From an uncultured Dehalococcoidaceae bacterium (GTDB lineage Bacteria; Chloroflexota; Dehalococcoidia; Dehalococcoidales; RBG-16-60-22), in the NCBI GenBank assembly GCA_964615345.1, contig CAZTMR010000003.1, forward strand, positions 3,322-66,295: DNA of 62,974 nucleotides, in the 5' to 3' direction. Shown piece after piece: positions 8,913 to 19,655 of the stretch. Under the pieces are notes generated by a model that had not been told where the DNA came from, made no database searches, and saw only the letters and a list, made by a program, of their open reading frames with translations. The position numbers were made by a program, and so were the translations under genes. Every line of letters starts with the position of its first letter. Within the stretch, counting starts at the first letter, position 1.

Positions 8913-10052
8913 CTAGGCGGTGATTACTTTTTCCAGGCGGCGGAGAAGCTCTTCCCGGTCCGGGGGGCAGCCGCCCACGGCATCCGGCGCTTCCGTCTCG
9001 TCACCGAGGGTACAGTTCCCTACCCGCAAGTAACCGGTATCTCCGTATTGCCGCGGCTCTTCACCCACATAGATGCGGAAAGGCCTTCGCAGCGTTTTAC
9101 CGCGCTCGGCGAGCAGACGCAGCCCGGAGATGAGGGGGATAAGGCAGCCGCTGCAGGCACGCTCCGCGCCCACAATTTCCAGTCCGGGAAAGCTGTGCCG
9201 CAGGCTGTCCCAGGGCAGTTCCGCCTTGAACTCCAGCCGCTTGATTTCCTCGCCAACGATGCTCATCCGGGTGAGGTCATTTTCTCCCAGGCCTGCCTGC
9301 GCGCCCAGGGTGATTGTGTCCACTCTTGCCGGGTCAATACCCATCAGAGCGCAGCCGACGACGTCAACGGCCACGGGGTCTTTGCCGGCGATGAGCAGCC
9401 CGGCACCGCGCCGCCGCCGGCTACCGCCGCCGATGCTGCCGATGGTATCCGGGGTGCCGTCGATGATGTTGATGGTGGGCCGGACCAGGCCGTTCAGGGC
9501 CACCACGGCGCGGTCCAGGTTAACCCGGTGAAAGCGGGGCTTGTCTTCCCGCTTCAGGCAGCCTTTCAGGTTTTTCATCGCCAGGGTGACCGTGGTCTGG
9601 TAGTGGGTCTTGAGCACCGGCAGATTGATAATGCGGTCGCAATCAAAAGCGAACTCGGTCACCCGGAACTCCGGCGGGCAGTCCGGGACGCCGCGGAAGG
9701 TCCGGTAACTGTGCTCGTCAAACAGCGCCCATTCGATGCCCAGCCGCGCCGCCATATCGCTGACGCCGGTGCGGGTGAAGCATTTCCGGAGGTCAGACTC
9801 GGGCTGGTAGTAACTGGGGCCCTCCCCGATGATAACCCGGCCGGCGCCGCGGTCAAGGCAGTAACGGGCGACCGCCTCAATGAGCCGGGGGGTGGTGATT
9901 TCCCCGCTGTCAGCGCGGCGGGGTTCCACCAGGTTCGGCTTGATGAGGACGGTCTCTCCCGCCCGGACGATTTCTTCTCCGGTGCCGTCAATTACCGCGG
10001 CAAGTTCCCGGTAAAGGTCATTGCCGGCTCTGATAAGTGAAACCGCGGTCAT
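8913..10052 (-). CDS. DUF362-family protein
   Basis: VLIKPNLVEP...TTPRLIEAVARYCLDRGAGRVIIGEGP...LPVLKTHYQTTVTLAMKNLKGC is the pattern I associate with DUF362. Last gene of a 4-gene minus-strand operon. Confidence 0.75.
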   Translation of the reverse strand: MTAVSLIRAGNDLYRELAAVIDGTGEEIVRAGETVLIKPNLVEPRRADSGEITTPRLIEAVARYCLDRGAGRVIIGEGPSYYQPESDLRKCFTRTGVSDMAARLGIEWALFDEHSYRTFRGVPDCPPEFRVTEFAFDCDRIINLPVLKTHYQTTVTLAMKNLKGCLKREDKPRFHRVNLDRAVVALNGLVRPTINIIDGTPDTIGSIGGGSRRRRGAGLLIAGKDPVAVDVVGCALMGIDPARVDTITLGAQAGLGENDLTRMSIVGEEIKRLEFKAELPWDSLRHSFPGLEIVGAERACSGCLIPLISGLRLLAERGKTLRRPFRIYVGEEPRQYGDTGYLRVGNCTLGDETEAPDAVGGCPPDREELLRRLEKVITA

Positions 10053-10076
10053 TTGTTCCTCACAGAGTACCTGCGC

Positions 10077-11123
10077 TCAGTGTGAAGCCGTCTGCTGCCG
10101 GTACTTCTTCTTTTCCGCCTGTACCAGGGTGTAGCTTTCGTCTATCATGTCCATAATGGGCAACCCGTAAGGGCACCGGGCTTCACATTCCCCGCAGCGG
10201 ATACAGTTGGCGGCTTTTTCCAGCTCCTCGCCGATGTGGCGGCTAAAAACGCTCTCCAGGGAAAGGCGCTTGAACAGGCTTTCCGCCTGCATCACCAGGG
10301 AAATGGCAATTCCTTCCGAGCAGGGCTGGCAGTAATCACAGCGGCGGCAGAAGACCGTGCCCAGCTCCTGACGCAGGCGCTCAATCTCCGCCCGCTCGGC
10401 CCCGGTAAGCGCCCGGGGGGATTCCATAATGGCGGCGATTTCCTCAATCTCCGCTCTGGTCTCGATGCCGGGGATGGGTAGGATGTCCGGGAACTGGAGA
10501 AGATAGCGGAAGGCCAGAGAAGCGTTTTCCAGCATCCCGCCGGCCAGCGGCTTCATCACGATAAAGCCGACGTCGTGCTGCCGGGCCAGGGGCAGCAGTT
10601 CTTCAGCCGGTTCACAGGTAATGAAGTTAAAGGAAAACATCAGGGTCTCAAAGCGGCCGGAACGGACCAGGTCTTTGGCCATATCAATCTGGTGGGAACT
10701 GATGCCGATGTGCCGCACCACGCCGGCCCGTTTCGCCTCTTCCAGTACGGACATCGGCCCGCCGGGGGCCAGAATGGCGTCCAGAGTGACCCTGTCGTTA
10801 ACGTTGTGGAACTGGTACAGGTCAATGTATGCCACGTCCAGCCGCCGCAGGCTCAGGGCCAGGTGTTCTTTTACTCCGGCGCCGGTGCGGTCGAGTGATT
10901 TTGTGGCCAGAAAAAGGCCCTCCCGCCGGCCGCGCACCGCCTTGCCGATGCGCTCCTCGCTGGTGGTATAGCCGTTGGCGGTATCGATAAAATTGACCCC
11001 GAGGTCGAGGGCGTGCCGCACCACGTCGACCGCCTCGTCTTCCTCAAGGCGCTGGATGGGGATGCCGCCAAAGCCCAGCCGGGAGACCATCATTTCCGTT
11101 CCGCCCAGTCTTATCTTTTCCAT
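10077..11123 (-). CDS. Aldo/keto reductase with C-terminal 4Fe-4S ferredoxin-like Cys motifs
   Basis: LGFGGIPIQR...GVNFIDTANGY AKR N-terminus. C-terminal CRRCDYCQPC and CIRCGECEARCP motifs. Confidence 0.9.
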   Translation of the reverse strand: MEKIRLGGTEMMVSRLGFGGIPIQRLEEDEAVDVVRHALDLGVNFIDTANGYTTSEERIGKAVRGRREGLFLATKSLDRTGAGVKEHLALSLRRLDVAYIDLYQFHNVNDRVTLDAILAPGGPMSVLEEAKRAGVVRHIGISSHQIDMAKDLVRSGRFETLMFSFNFITCEPAEELLPLARQHDVGFIVMKPLAGGMLENASLAFRYLLQFPDILPIPGIETRAEIEEIAAIMESPRALTGAERAEIERLRQELGTVFCRRCDYCQPCSEGIAISLVMQAESLFKRLSLESVFSRHIGEELEKAANCIRCGECEARCPYGLPIMDMIDESYTLVQAEKKKYRQQTASH

Positions 11124-11145
11124 CCGTTTCTCCTTTCCGCAACCG

Positions 11146-11553
11146 CTACCCGTAGATGATTTTCCGCATCGCCTGATAAAAGTCTTCCGGGCTTTTACCC
11201 AGGGAAAGCTCTTCCATGGGGCACATCGCCGAGCTATCGGCTTTCATAATGCGGGGGACGATTTGCGCCAGGCGGTGTTTTACACCGTAGCGGTCCAGAG
11301 TATCGGCACCGGGCTGGCTGCCCATGGGGCTGAAGACCTCGGTGCCGCCGGCTTTGACGGAGAGCAGGGCGGCGGCATTACCGGTGACTTTATCAAATAT
11401 CACCACCGGGGGAGGAGAGGCAGCCGCCTGCCCGATGTACTCCATCAGGGGCAGCAGGCGGTCTTTTCTCGAGGAGAAGACCAGCTTCCCGTCCCGATAA
11501 ATGCGGAGAGTATCCCCGCTCCGTAAAAAAGCGTGATAGCTGTCCGGGTACAT
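11146..11553 (-). CDS. DUF1893 (TM1506-like) protein
   Basis: DGKLVFSSRKDRLLPL...FDKVTGNAAALL...MCPME motifs recalled from the DUF1893 family. Confidence 0.6.
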   Translation of the reverse strand: MYPDSYHAFLRSGDTLRIYRDGKLVFSSRKDRLLPLMEYIGQAAASPPPVVIFDKVTGNAAALLSVKAGGTEVFSPMGSQPGADTLDRYGVKHRLAQIVPRIMKADSSAMCPMEELSLGKSPEDFYQAMRKIIYG

Positions 11554-11561
11554 ACTGACAG

Positions 11562-12155
11562 TTATTTTCCGCGGGTGGCAGGCGCCAGCCGGTGGACCAG
11601 CCAGACGAGCAGCGGTATCAAGGCCAGCTGGATGGCGATACCGGGCCAGCCCAGGCTAATGGCCGACCAGACGGCGGAGAAAGGACCCGCTTCCGCGCCC
11701 AGGGGGCTGAAAACGCTGCCGGTCACGGCGTACAGCGAGAGTACCGCCAGCAGCAGAGCCAGACGCCCGGCTACCATGGCACCCAGCAAAGACCAGGCAA
11801 TCTTCAGGTTAAACTTTTCCCGAAGCAGTCCGGCGACCACACCGTAAACGGCGAGCTCCGTGACTATCTGCGGCAGCACCGCCACTACCGGCATCCCCGA
11901 GACGGCATAGCTGGCCAGGGGGGTGAGCGAACCGACAATCAGACCGGCCCGCCAGCCGAAGAGCAAACCGGCCGCCAGCACGAAAATGTGCATGGGCAGG
12001 AAGGTGGGCCCGGCCAGGTGGAACTGATGGAAGACCCAGGGGGTGAGCACGCTCAGGGAGACAAGAACAAAAGTCAGAATGTAGCTGCGTACATCGGTGT
12101 ATCTCAACACCATCTCGGGCGTCCGTGTCCGGGCAACAACAATACTACTGGTCAT
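11562..12155 (-). CDS. ECF-transporter S-component-like / BioY-like integral membrane protein
   Basis: 5-6 hydrophobic helices. The FLPMHIFVLAAGLLFGW...PLASYAVSGMP motif is typical of ECF S components. Start chosen at ATG 12155 (AAGGAGG 6 nt upstream) rather than ORF-track 12206. Confidence 0.65.
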   Translation of the reverse strand: MTSSIVVARTRTPEMVLRYTDVRSYILTFVLVSLSVLTPWVFHQFHLAGPTFLPMHIFVLAAGLLFGWRAGLIVGSLTPLASYAVSGMPVVAVLPQIVTELAVYGVVAGLLREKFNLKIAWSLLGAMVAGRLALLLAVLSLYAVTGSVFSPLGAEAGPFSAVWSAISLGWPGIAIQLALIPLLVWLVHRLAPATRGK

Positions 12156-12231
12156 CTTTACCTCCTTAATATTCCGGGACGGCAGTCCGGGTTTTTCCCG
12201 GCCCAATCAGCAGTATACCCTATATGGATAT

Positions 12232-12260
12232 ATGATAGAGCCTCCGCGGGTGGCTGTCAA
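12232..12260 (-). promoter_or_regulatory. Candidate promoter of the S-component operon
   Basis: Minus strand reads TTGACA (12260-12255), 17 nt, TATCAT (12237-12232), about 70 nt upstream of the start codon. Confidence 0.45.
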
Positions 12261-12493
12261 ACCGGGGCAAGGCCGCGTTTTTCCGGAATTGCGTTTCAGG
12301 TTGACATTATTCACCACGGGTAGTAGTATTCCAGCGGGAAGAGCGGCGGGGCGGGGTCTAAACTCTCAACCGGCAGGTACCAATATTTCAGTAACCGCCA
12401 GCTTTACGCCGTCCGCTATCCGTGCCAGCGTGCAGGGCACAGGATGCGGCGGCGCCTGGAAACCGCAAGGAAATAATTTAAGGAGGAGCGCGC

Positions 12494-13396
12494 GTGAAAA
12501 ATATCGGATTTATTGGCTGCGGTCTGATGGGCAAATCCATGGCCCTGAACCTGGTCAAGGCGGGGTATCCCGTAACCGTCCATGATTTAAGGCCGGAGCC
12601 GGTGGCGGAACTGGTGGCCGCGGGAGCTACCGCTGCCGATTCCCCCCGTGAGGCAGCCAGTCAGGCAGACGTGGTGATTTCCGTGCTGACTTCATCGCCC
12701 AATGTGGAGCAGGTGATGTTCGGCCCGGACGGCGTCCTGGAGAGCCTGAAGGCGGGCGGCAGCATCATCGATATGAGCACCATTGACCCCATCGTAACGC
12801 GCAAGGTGGCGGCCGCGGCGGCGGAAAGAGGAATCAAGATGCTGGATGCGCCGGTGAGCGGCGCCCCGCTGAAAGCAGCCGATGGCACGCTTTCCATCAT
12901 GGTGGGGGGAGAGAAAGAGGTCTTTGAGGAGTGCCGTGAAATCCTTCAGGTGATGGGGGAGAAAATAGTGCATACCGGGGATATCGGTATGGGAGAGGTG
13001 GTCAAGCTGGCGAATAACCTGGTGGGGGCGATTTGCGGTATCGCCGTCTGCGAGGGGTTTCTCTTCGGCACCCGGCTGGGCGCCGACCCGAAGACGCTGT
13101 TCGAGGTTATCAGCGCCAGTGCCGGCAACTGCTGGTTCCTGCAGACCAGAGTCCCCTACCCGGACGTGATACCGGAAAGCCCGGCGAACAAGGACTTCGC
13201 GCCGGGATTCACCGTGGACCTGATGTCAAAAGACCTGGGGCTTATCCTTTCGGCGGCGGACGCTACCCGGACGCCCCTGCCGGGGGGCAGTCTGGCCCAG
13301 CAGTTCATGCTTGCCGCCAAGGCCGGTGGGCTGGGAGACCGGGACTGGTCCGTGATGAGCAAGATTTTCCACCGGCTGGCCGGAGAGGAAGCCTGA
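12494..13396 (+). CDS. NAD(P)-dependent 3-hydroxyisobutyrate/6-phosphogluconate-dehydrogenase-family oxidoreductase
   Basis: GTG start after AGGAGG. IGFIGCGLMGKSMALNLVKAGYPVTVHD Rossmann motif and family-typical length. Confidence 0.9.
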   Translation: MKNIGFIGCGLMGKSMALNLVKAGYPVTVHDLRPEPVAELVAAGATAADSPREAASQADVVISVLTSSPNVEQVMFGPDGVLESLKAGGSIIDMSTIDPIVTRKVAAAAAERGIKMLDAPVSGAPLKAADGTLSIMVGGEKEVFEECREILQVMGEKIVHTGDIGMGEVVKLANNLVGAICGIAVCEGFLFGTRLGADPKTLFEVISASAGNCWFLQTRVPYPDVIPESPANKDFAPGFTVDLMSKDLGLILSAADATRTPLPGGSLAQQFMLAAKAGGLGDRDWSVMSKIFHRLAGEEA

Positions 13397-13503
13397 AGAC
13401 GGGTTCCGGTTTAGCTTAAATGCCAGAGGGCTGAGGCCCCGGGGGAAATATCCGAGCGGAGAAGCTTTTTCCGCGGCGGGCAGGAAAAGAAAGAGAGGTT
13501 ATC

Positions 13504-14298
13504 ATGGGAGAGAGACTGAAGGGAAAAGTGGCTATCGTCACCGGCGCGGGCACGGTACTGGCGGGCCTGGGTAACGGCAAGGCAACGGCGATTGTTTTTG
13601 CCCGGGAAGGGGCCCGGGTAATGGCGGTGGACTATAATCTGGAAGCCGCCGAGGAGACCAAGCAGGTTATCGATAAAGAGGGGGGAGAGTGCATAACCTT
13701 CAAGGCGGACGTTTCCCGGGCCGAGGAGTGCCAGAAGATGATAGAGACCTGCGTCAAGACTTTCGGGCGGGTGGACATAGTGCATAATAATGTGGGTATC
13801 GGGCAGTGGGGCGGACCGGTGGAGACCACGGAAGAGACGTGGGACAAAGTGATGAAGGTCAACGTGAAGAGCATGTTCCTGACCTGCAAGTACGTGATTC
13901 CCCAGATGGAAAAGCAGGGGGGCGGCGCCATCATCAACATCGCCTCGGTGGGGGCAATCCGGAGCACGCTGCCGAACATTGCTTACGCGTCCTCCAAGGC
14001 GGCGGTGATTGGCCTTACCCGGGACGTGGCCATCCAGTACGCGGAAAAAGGCATCCGGGTCAACGTGATTCTGCCGGGACTGATGAAAACTCCCCAGGCG
14101 GAGTACTACAACAAGGACGCCTGGGCGGGCGGGGACGTCGAAGAGATGTGGCGCCGGCGCGATTCCATGGTGCCGATGAAGCGGCAGGGGCAGGGATGGG
14201 ACACGGCCAACGCCGCTCTTTTCCTGGCCTCAGATGAATCACAGTACATCACCGGACAGACCATCATCGTGGACGGCGGCATCAGCCAGACCATGTAG
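13504..14298 (+). CDS. SDR-family oxidoreductase
   Basis: LKGKVAIVTGAG..., NNVGI, and YASSK catalytic Y-x3-K. Confidence 0.9.
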   Translation: MGERLKGKVAIVTGAGTVLAGLGNGKATAIVFAREGARVMAVDYNLEAAEETKQVIDKEGGECITFKADVSRAEECQKMIETCVKTFGRVDIVHNNVGIGQWGGPVETTEETWDKVMKVNVKSMFLTCKYVIPQMEKQGGGAIINIASVGAIRSTLPNIAYASSKAAVIGLTRDVAIQYAEKGIRVNVILPGLMKTPQAEYYNKDAWAGGDVEEMWRRRDSMVPMKRQGQGWDTANAALFLASDESQYITGQTIIVDGGISQTM

Positions 14299-14325
14299 TC
14301 CCGGTAAAAGACCGGCGGGAACGGC

Positions 14326-14994
14326 CTAGTATTTTGAGGCGCCGGTCTCTTCCATCTTGCCGGTGACGCTGAAGATGACCCGCTCGCAGATATTGGTAAC
14401 CCGGTCCGCGCTGCGTTCCATATTATGGGCCGCCCAGAGGAGACGGGTGGCCCGGGTGAGCGTTCTGGGGTCTTCCGCCATAAAGGTGAGCAGTTCCCGG
14501 AAAATCTGGTCGTAAAGGTTATCAATCTCGTCGTCTTCGGCGATAATCTGGCGGGCGGCCCCGGTGTCAGCGTTGATGAAGGCTTCCAGGCTCCGGTGCA
14601 GCATAGCAGCGGTCTTTTCCGCCATACGGGGCAGGTCTATGAGCGGTTTCAGCGGCGGCTCGTCTCCGGTCATCACGACTATCTTGGCCACGCCTTCGGC
14701 GTGATCACCGATCCGCTCCAGGTCAGTAATAATGCTGAGTCCGCAGATAATACTGCGCAGGTCACCGGCCATCGGCTGCTGCGTGGCGATAAGCTGGATG
14801 CTCTTTTCCTCGATGTCAAACCGTTTCTCGTTTATTTTCACGTCTCCGGCGATTACTTTTTTCGCCAGCTCGAGGTCTCTCTCTTTGAGGGCCTGCATGG
14901 ACCAGCCGATGGCTTCCTCTACCATACTTCCCATCTGCAGGATTTCTTCCTGGATTTTCCGTAGTCGCTTGTGGAATTCCGTCCTGATTTCCAT
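14326..14994 (-). CDS. phoU: Phosphate signalling complex protein PhoU
   Basis: MEIRTEFHKRLRKIQEEILQMG...DLERIGDHAEG. ATG 14994 has AAGGAGG upstream. The ORF-track extension to 15264 overlaps pstB and is rejected. Confidence 0.9.
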   Translation of the reverse strand: MEIRTEFHKRLRKIQEEILQMGSMVEEAIGWSMQALKERDLELAKKVIAGDVKINEKRFDIEEKSIQLIATQQPMAGDLRSIICGLSIITDLERIGDHAEGVAKIVVMTGDEPPLKPLIDLPRMAEKTAAMLHRSLEAFINADTGAARQIIAEDDEIDNLYDQIFRELLTFMAEDPRTLTRATRLLWAAHNMERSADRVTNICERVIFSVTGKMEETGASKY

Positions 14995-15014
14995 CTGGAA
15001 CCTCCTTGCCGCCT

Positions 15015-15821
<807 letters not shown>

Positions 15822-15823
15822 GA

Positions 15824-16687
15824 CTAACCGTACCTCCGCTGACGAGCGCGCCACCGTATGCCGCTGGCCAGTAAATTAAAGGAGAGCACCACTGCCAGCA
15901 GGACCAGGGCGATGCCCCACTTAGTAGACTCCGGCATACCGGGAACATGCGCCGCCGCCGTGTACAGATGATAGGGCAAAGCCATGAACTGGTCAAAAGG
16001 CGATTGGGGCAGGCGGGAGACCAGAAACGCGGCGCCCACCACCAGTACGGGTGCCGTTTCTCCGGCGGCCCGGCTCATTGCCAGGATAGCCCCGGTGATT
16101 ATCCCGGGCTTGGCTTCCGGGATAATGATGTGTCGGATGGTCTGCCAGCGGGTGGTGCCTATGGCCAGGCTGCCTTCCCGGTATTCCCGGGGGACGGAAA
16201 GGATGGCTTCCCGCGAGGTGGTAATGGTCATGGCCAGCGCCTGGCAGGCGAGTGTAATGCTGGCCGCCAGCAGAGACATGCCGAAGTCCAGCATAAGCAC
16301 GAATACGCCGAGGCCGAAGAGGCCGTAGACGATACTGGGCACGCCGGCCAGATTCAGTATGGCCATATTGGTGAGCCGGGTGAGCCAGTTATCCCGGGCA
16401 TACTCCGTGAGGTAAATCCCGGCCAGCACCCCTACCGGCAGGGAAAAAATTATGGTGCCCAGCATCAGGTAAAAAGTGCCCACGATGGCCGGAAAGATGC
16501 CGCCGGCTTTACCCGCCTGCGAAGGGGGCTGGGTGAGAAACTCCCAGGAGATAGCCTCCATTCCGTTGACGATGACGTACCCCACGATAAAGAGCACCGG
16601 CACCACCACAATCGCCGCCGCCAGCGCCAGCAGGCTAAAAGCGGTGCGTTCCGAAAGGTGGCGTGATTTTCCAGACCGAGCGACCAT
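15824..16687 (-). CDS. pstA: Phosphate ABC transporter permease PstA
   Basis: Multi-TM permease with EAA-like motif ([21 protein letters not shown]), in operon context. Confidence 0.9.
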   Translation of the reverse strand: MVARSGKSRHLSERTAFSLLALAAAIVVVPVLFIVGYVIVNGMEAISWEFLTQPPSQAGKAGGIFPAIVGTFYLMLGTIIFSLPVGVLAGIYLTEYARDNWLTRLTNMAILNLAGVPSIVYGLFGLGVFVLMLDFGMSLLAASITLACQALAMTITTSREAILSVPREYREGSLAIGTTRWQTIRHIIIPEAKPGIITGAILAMSRAAGETAPVLVVGAAFLVSRLPQSPFDQFMALPYHLYTAAAHVPGMPESTKWGIALVLLAVVLSFNLLASGIRWRARQRRYG

Positions 16688-16696
16688 ACCGTACCG

Positions 16697-17638
16697 TTAC
16701 CTCGCGAACTTCCTTTTCTGACGCTCCAGCACCCGGTCCGCGATGAGGTTTACCGCCAGTGTCATCACGAAGAGAATCAGACCGATGGCGAAGAGCGCCT
16801 GGTACTGGAAACCACCCTGCACCGCGTTGCCGATTCCGGAAGCGATGGCGGCGGTCATCGGCATCATCGGCTCGGTGGGGGACAAAGGGACTGCCAGGGC
16901 GCCGCCGGCGACCATCAGCACCGTCATCGTTTCGCCGATGGCCCGGCCGACTCCCAGCATCACCGCGGCGGTGATTCCGGAGAGGGCCCCGGGAAGGCAG
17001 ACGTGTCTTACCGTCTGCCACCGGGTGGCACCCAGGGCGTAAGATGCCTGCCGGAACTCGTCAGGGACGGCGCGCAGGGCGTCTTCCGAGATACTGACGA
17101 TAATGGGCAGGCTCATCATAGAAAGCATAATGCCGGCGGTAAGACCGGAAAGTCCGGTGCTCAGATTGAAGGTGTTCTGTACCACCGGTGAGAGCAGCAT
17201 CAGCCCGATAAAACCCATGACCACGGATGGAATGCCGGCCAGGAGTTCGATGACCGGTTTCACCGTTTCCCGCAACCGGGAAGGGGCCACTTCCGCCAGG
17301 TAGGCGGCACAGCCGACACCGACCGGCACCGCGATGGCCGTGGCCACCAGGGTTATCCAGATGGTGGCCACGAAGAAGGGCATGATGCCGAAGGTGGGCG
17401 GCTCCGAGAGAGGATACCACCGGGTGCCGAAAAAGAACTCCCAGGGCGGGGTGTGCAGGAAAACGGGCAGTCCTTCACGCAAGAGGAGAATCAGGACTCC
17501 CAGCAGCACCACTATGGCCAGCATCCCGTTCATGGAAATGAGGGTTTCAATTATTTTCTCGCCGGGACGCCAGCGTCTCCGGAGGCTCCGGGTAAGGCCG
17601 GTCCCGGAGATAGTTGGCGCTGCTTCCTGTGTCAGCAT
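16697..17638 (-). CDS. pstC: Phosphate ABC transporter permease PstC
   Basis: Multi-TM permease with RQASYALGATRWQTVRHVCLP motif, in operon context. Confidence 0.9.
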   Translation of the reverse strand: MLTQEAAPTISGTGLTRSLRRRWRPGEKIIETLISMNGMLAIVVLLGVLILLLREGLPVFLHTPPWEFFFGTRWYPLSEPPTFGIMPFFVATIWITLVATAIAVPVGVGCAAYLAEVAPSRLRETVKPVIELLAGIPSVVMGFIGLMLLSPVVQNTFNLSTGLSGLTAGIMLSMMSLPIIVSISEDALRAVPDEFRQASYALGATRWQTVRHVCLPGALSGITAAVMLGVGRAIGETMTVLMVAGGALAVPLSPTEPMMPMTAAIASGIGNAVQGGFQYQALFAIGLILFVMTLAVNLIADRVLERQKRKFAR

Positions 17639-17695
17639 AAAGGCTTTCTTTTTTCCTTTCGCTGGTTTTTCGGGCTGGTCTTCCAGGATTCTACA

Positions 17696-18619
17696 CTATG
17701 GCAACGGCACATAGCCAACCCCGACCACTTTCTGCTGTCCTTGCTCGGAGAGGCAGTAATCGATAAAGGCTTTGACCACGCCGGCGGGTTCTCCGTCAGT
17801 GTAGAAGAGGAGGGGGCGGGCGATAGGGTAACTGCCGTCCAGGGCGGTTTCCTGCCCGGGCATAACCGCCGGGTCATCTGCCGTTTTCTGCACCGCCACC
17901 GCTTTCACTTTTTCAGTCAGGTAGCCGAGGCCGGGATAGAAAATGGCGCCCGGATTTTTGGCTACCTCCACGATGCCTTCCTCGGTAGAGGGCAGCAGAA
18001 GCACGTCAGGGCCGTATTCGAGGCTCTTGTCTTCGGAAGGGAGCCCCTTCATCTGTACCACGTTTTCCTTGAAGTAAAGATGGGTGCCGGAACTGGTATC
18101 CCGGGCGAGGGGAACTATCCGGGTGTCTTCGCCGCCCATTTCTTTCCAGCTGGTTATTTTACCGGTATAGATGTCAGACAGCTGGGTGAAGCTGAGTTCG
18201 GAGACCGGGTTCGAGGGGTGAACCACCACCGACAGGGCGTCAATGGCCACCGTAATTTCATACGGGTTTACGCCTTTATCCGCCGCCTGCTCGAACTCCT
18301 TCGGTTTAATCTCCCGGGAAGCCTGGGTGACGTCAGTGGTGCCGTTGATGAGGGCGGCAATCCCGGCCCCGGAGCCGGGGCCGCTAACGGCGATGCTAAC
18401 TCCCGGGTGGAGCTTCATGAACTCTTCCGCCCATACGGTGGTCAGCGGGGTGACCGTATTGGAGCCGATAACCTTGAAGGAACCGGAAAGCTCCGACCCG
18501 GACGGCGCCGGTTCCGTGCCCCCGCACCCGGAAATGGCGGCCAGGCCGACGCTGAGAAGCAGGGCGAGGGACAGCCAGCGGGTACGATTTTGCTTTATTC
18601 TGAATAACCTTGATAGCAA
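17696..18619 (-). CDS. pstS: Phosphate-binding lipoprotein PstS
   Basis: Lipobox LAAISGC. GSNTV...SGPGSGAGI...TQASR PBP motifs. TTG start after AAGGAG. Confidence 0.9.
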   Translation of the reverse strand: MLSRLFRIKQNRTRWLSLALLLSVGLAAISGCGGTEPAPSGSELSGSFKVIGSNTVTPLTTVWAEEFMKLHPGVSIAVSGPGSGAGIAALINGTTDVTQASREIKPKEFEQAADKGVNPYEITVAIDALSVVVHPSNPVSELSFTQLSDIYTGKITSWKEMGGEDTRIVPLARDTSSGTHLYFKENVVQMKGLPSEDKSLEYGPDVLLLPSTEEGIVEVAKNPGAIFYPGLGYLTEKVKAVAVQKTADDPAVMPGQETALDGSYPIARPLLFYTDGEPAGVVKAFIDYCLSEQGQQKVVGVGYVPLP

Positions 18620-18874
18620 TTAATTTTTCTCCTTGTTTTAGTCTGTATTCCGGTTTGCCGCGGTTCAGACAGGAAAAGGTGGTCCGCGACAGGTTTTAAT
18701 CACAATCTTTGCCGGACAGGGAGGACCCCGGCAGTCCATAAGAGTGTCAGCGTTTAAGGTCTTGAACTAACTTCCCCACTCTTTCTTGATTTCGCTTCTT
18801 ATTGCTCTTACCCGCTTGACCGGCTTACCGGCAGGGTCTTTCAGGCCCCAGTCTTCTTCTCCAGCGAGACAATT

Positions 18875-18904
18875 AAAAAAGGCCGTAGCCAGGTGGCTAC
18901 GGCC
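18875..18904 (-). terminator. Rho-independent terminator (minus strand)
   Basis: Perfect 10-bp stem GGCCGTAGCC/GGCTACGGCC (18881-18904), 4-nt loop, followed on the minus strand by TTTTTT (18880-18875). Lies downstream of the histidine phosphatase gene. Confidence 0.75.
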
Positions 18905-18957
18905 CGAGTTCTGCACACAAACGAAGAGTATTCTTTTACGTTTCACCTTCTTTTATT

Positions 18958-19590
18958 TTACCAAGTCCTTTTCAGGCCGTCAAGATGAGTGGTGTCATTC
19001 AAGCATACCAGGTGCGGCCTGTCACCCCTGACCTCGACCACGCTCAGAGAGGCGTTACTTAAATCGAACCGCCGGTAGATGCTGTTGGTGGCGCCGAGGG
19101 CATGGACGATGATTACCTTGACCACAATCTCGTGTGCCACGAGCAGGACCTGCCGGCCGGTATCCTCCGCCACGATTTTTTCGAAAGCGCGCACGGAACG
19201 TTCGGTCACTTCCCGGAAGCTTTCCCCGTTGGGCATGGTGAAATCGGTGGGGTCAGTCCGGGTATGCCGCCATTGTTCCGGCCATCCGGCGCTGATTTTA
19301 TCCACGTGCATCCCCTCCCAGTCTCCCTGGTGGATTTCAATCAGGTCTTCCAGTAATTTCAGCTCGAGGCCGTGGGGTTCCGCCAGGACCGAGGCGGTGC
19401 TGCAGGTCCTTCTCAGCGGGCTGGCATACACGGCGCTGACGGGACAGCCTGCCAGACGAGCGGAAAGGGCACGCGCCTGGGCGTATCCGGTTTCATTGAT
19501 GTCCTCGTCCAGGCGGCCCATATAGTAACCCTTGACGTTAGATTCGGTCTGTCCGTGACGAACGAGCATTACTGTGGTCGTGGTCATCAA
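18958..19590 (-). CDS. Histidine phosphatase family protein (phosphoglycerate mutase/CobC-like)
   Basis: LVRHGQTESN catalytic RHG motif, and a later H in the VAHE motif. Confidence 0.85.
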   Translation of the reverse strand: MMTTTTVMLVRHGQTESNVKGYYMGRLDEDINETGYAQARALSARLAGCPVSAVYASPLRRTCSTASVLAEPHGLELKLLEDLIEIHQGDWEGMHVDKISAGWPEQWRHTRTDPTDFTMPNGESFREVTERSVRAFEKIVAEDTGRQVLLVAHEIVVKVIIVHALGATNSIYRRFDLSNASLSVVEVRGDRPHLVCLNDTTHLDGLKRTW

Positions 19591-19655
19591 TACCTCCGTT
19601 AGAAATCAAACGCTTCCCCCGGCGAGCGGGCACGATGCAAAGAGTAGCACCATCC

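Noticed and set aside
12301-12493. Promoter-like TTGACA-17-TAGTAT (12301-12329) followed by a roughly 155-nt leader before the dehydrogenase gene; considered as a riboswitch.
   Set aside because: I could not match the leader to any riboswitch class I know (no TPP, SAM, FMN, B12, purine or preQ1 core motifs). Only short hairpins are visible. It is worth an Rfam scan but unsupported as a feature.
18620-18874. Search for Pho-box-like phased repeats upstream of pstS.
   Set aside because: (T/C)AAG-containing words recur at 8-13-nt irregular spacing. No convincing 11-bp-phased direct repeats or good -35/-10 pair were found, so no regulatory site is called.
18786-19031. 81-aa plus-strand ORF in the pst / histidine phosphatase intergenic region.
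   Set aside because: It runs through the 10-bp-stem terminator hairpin and into the 3' end of the histidine phosphatase gene on the other strand. It has no RBS or family resemblance.
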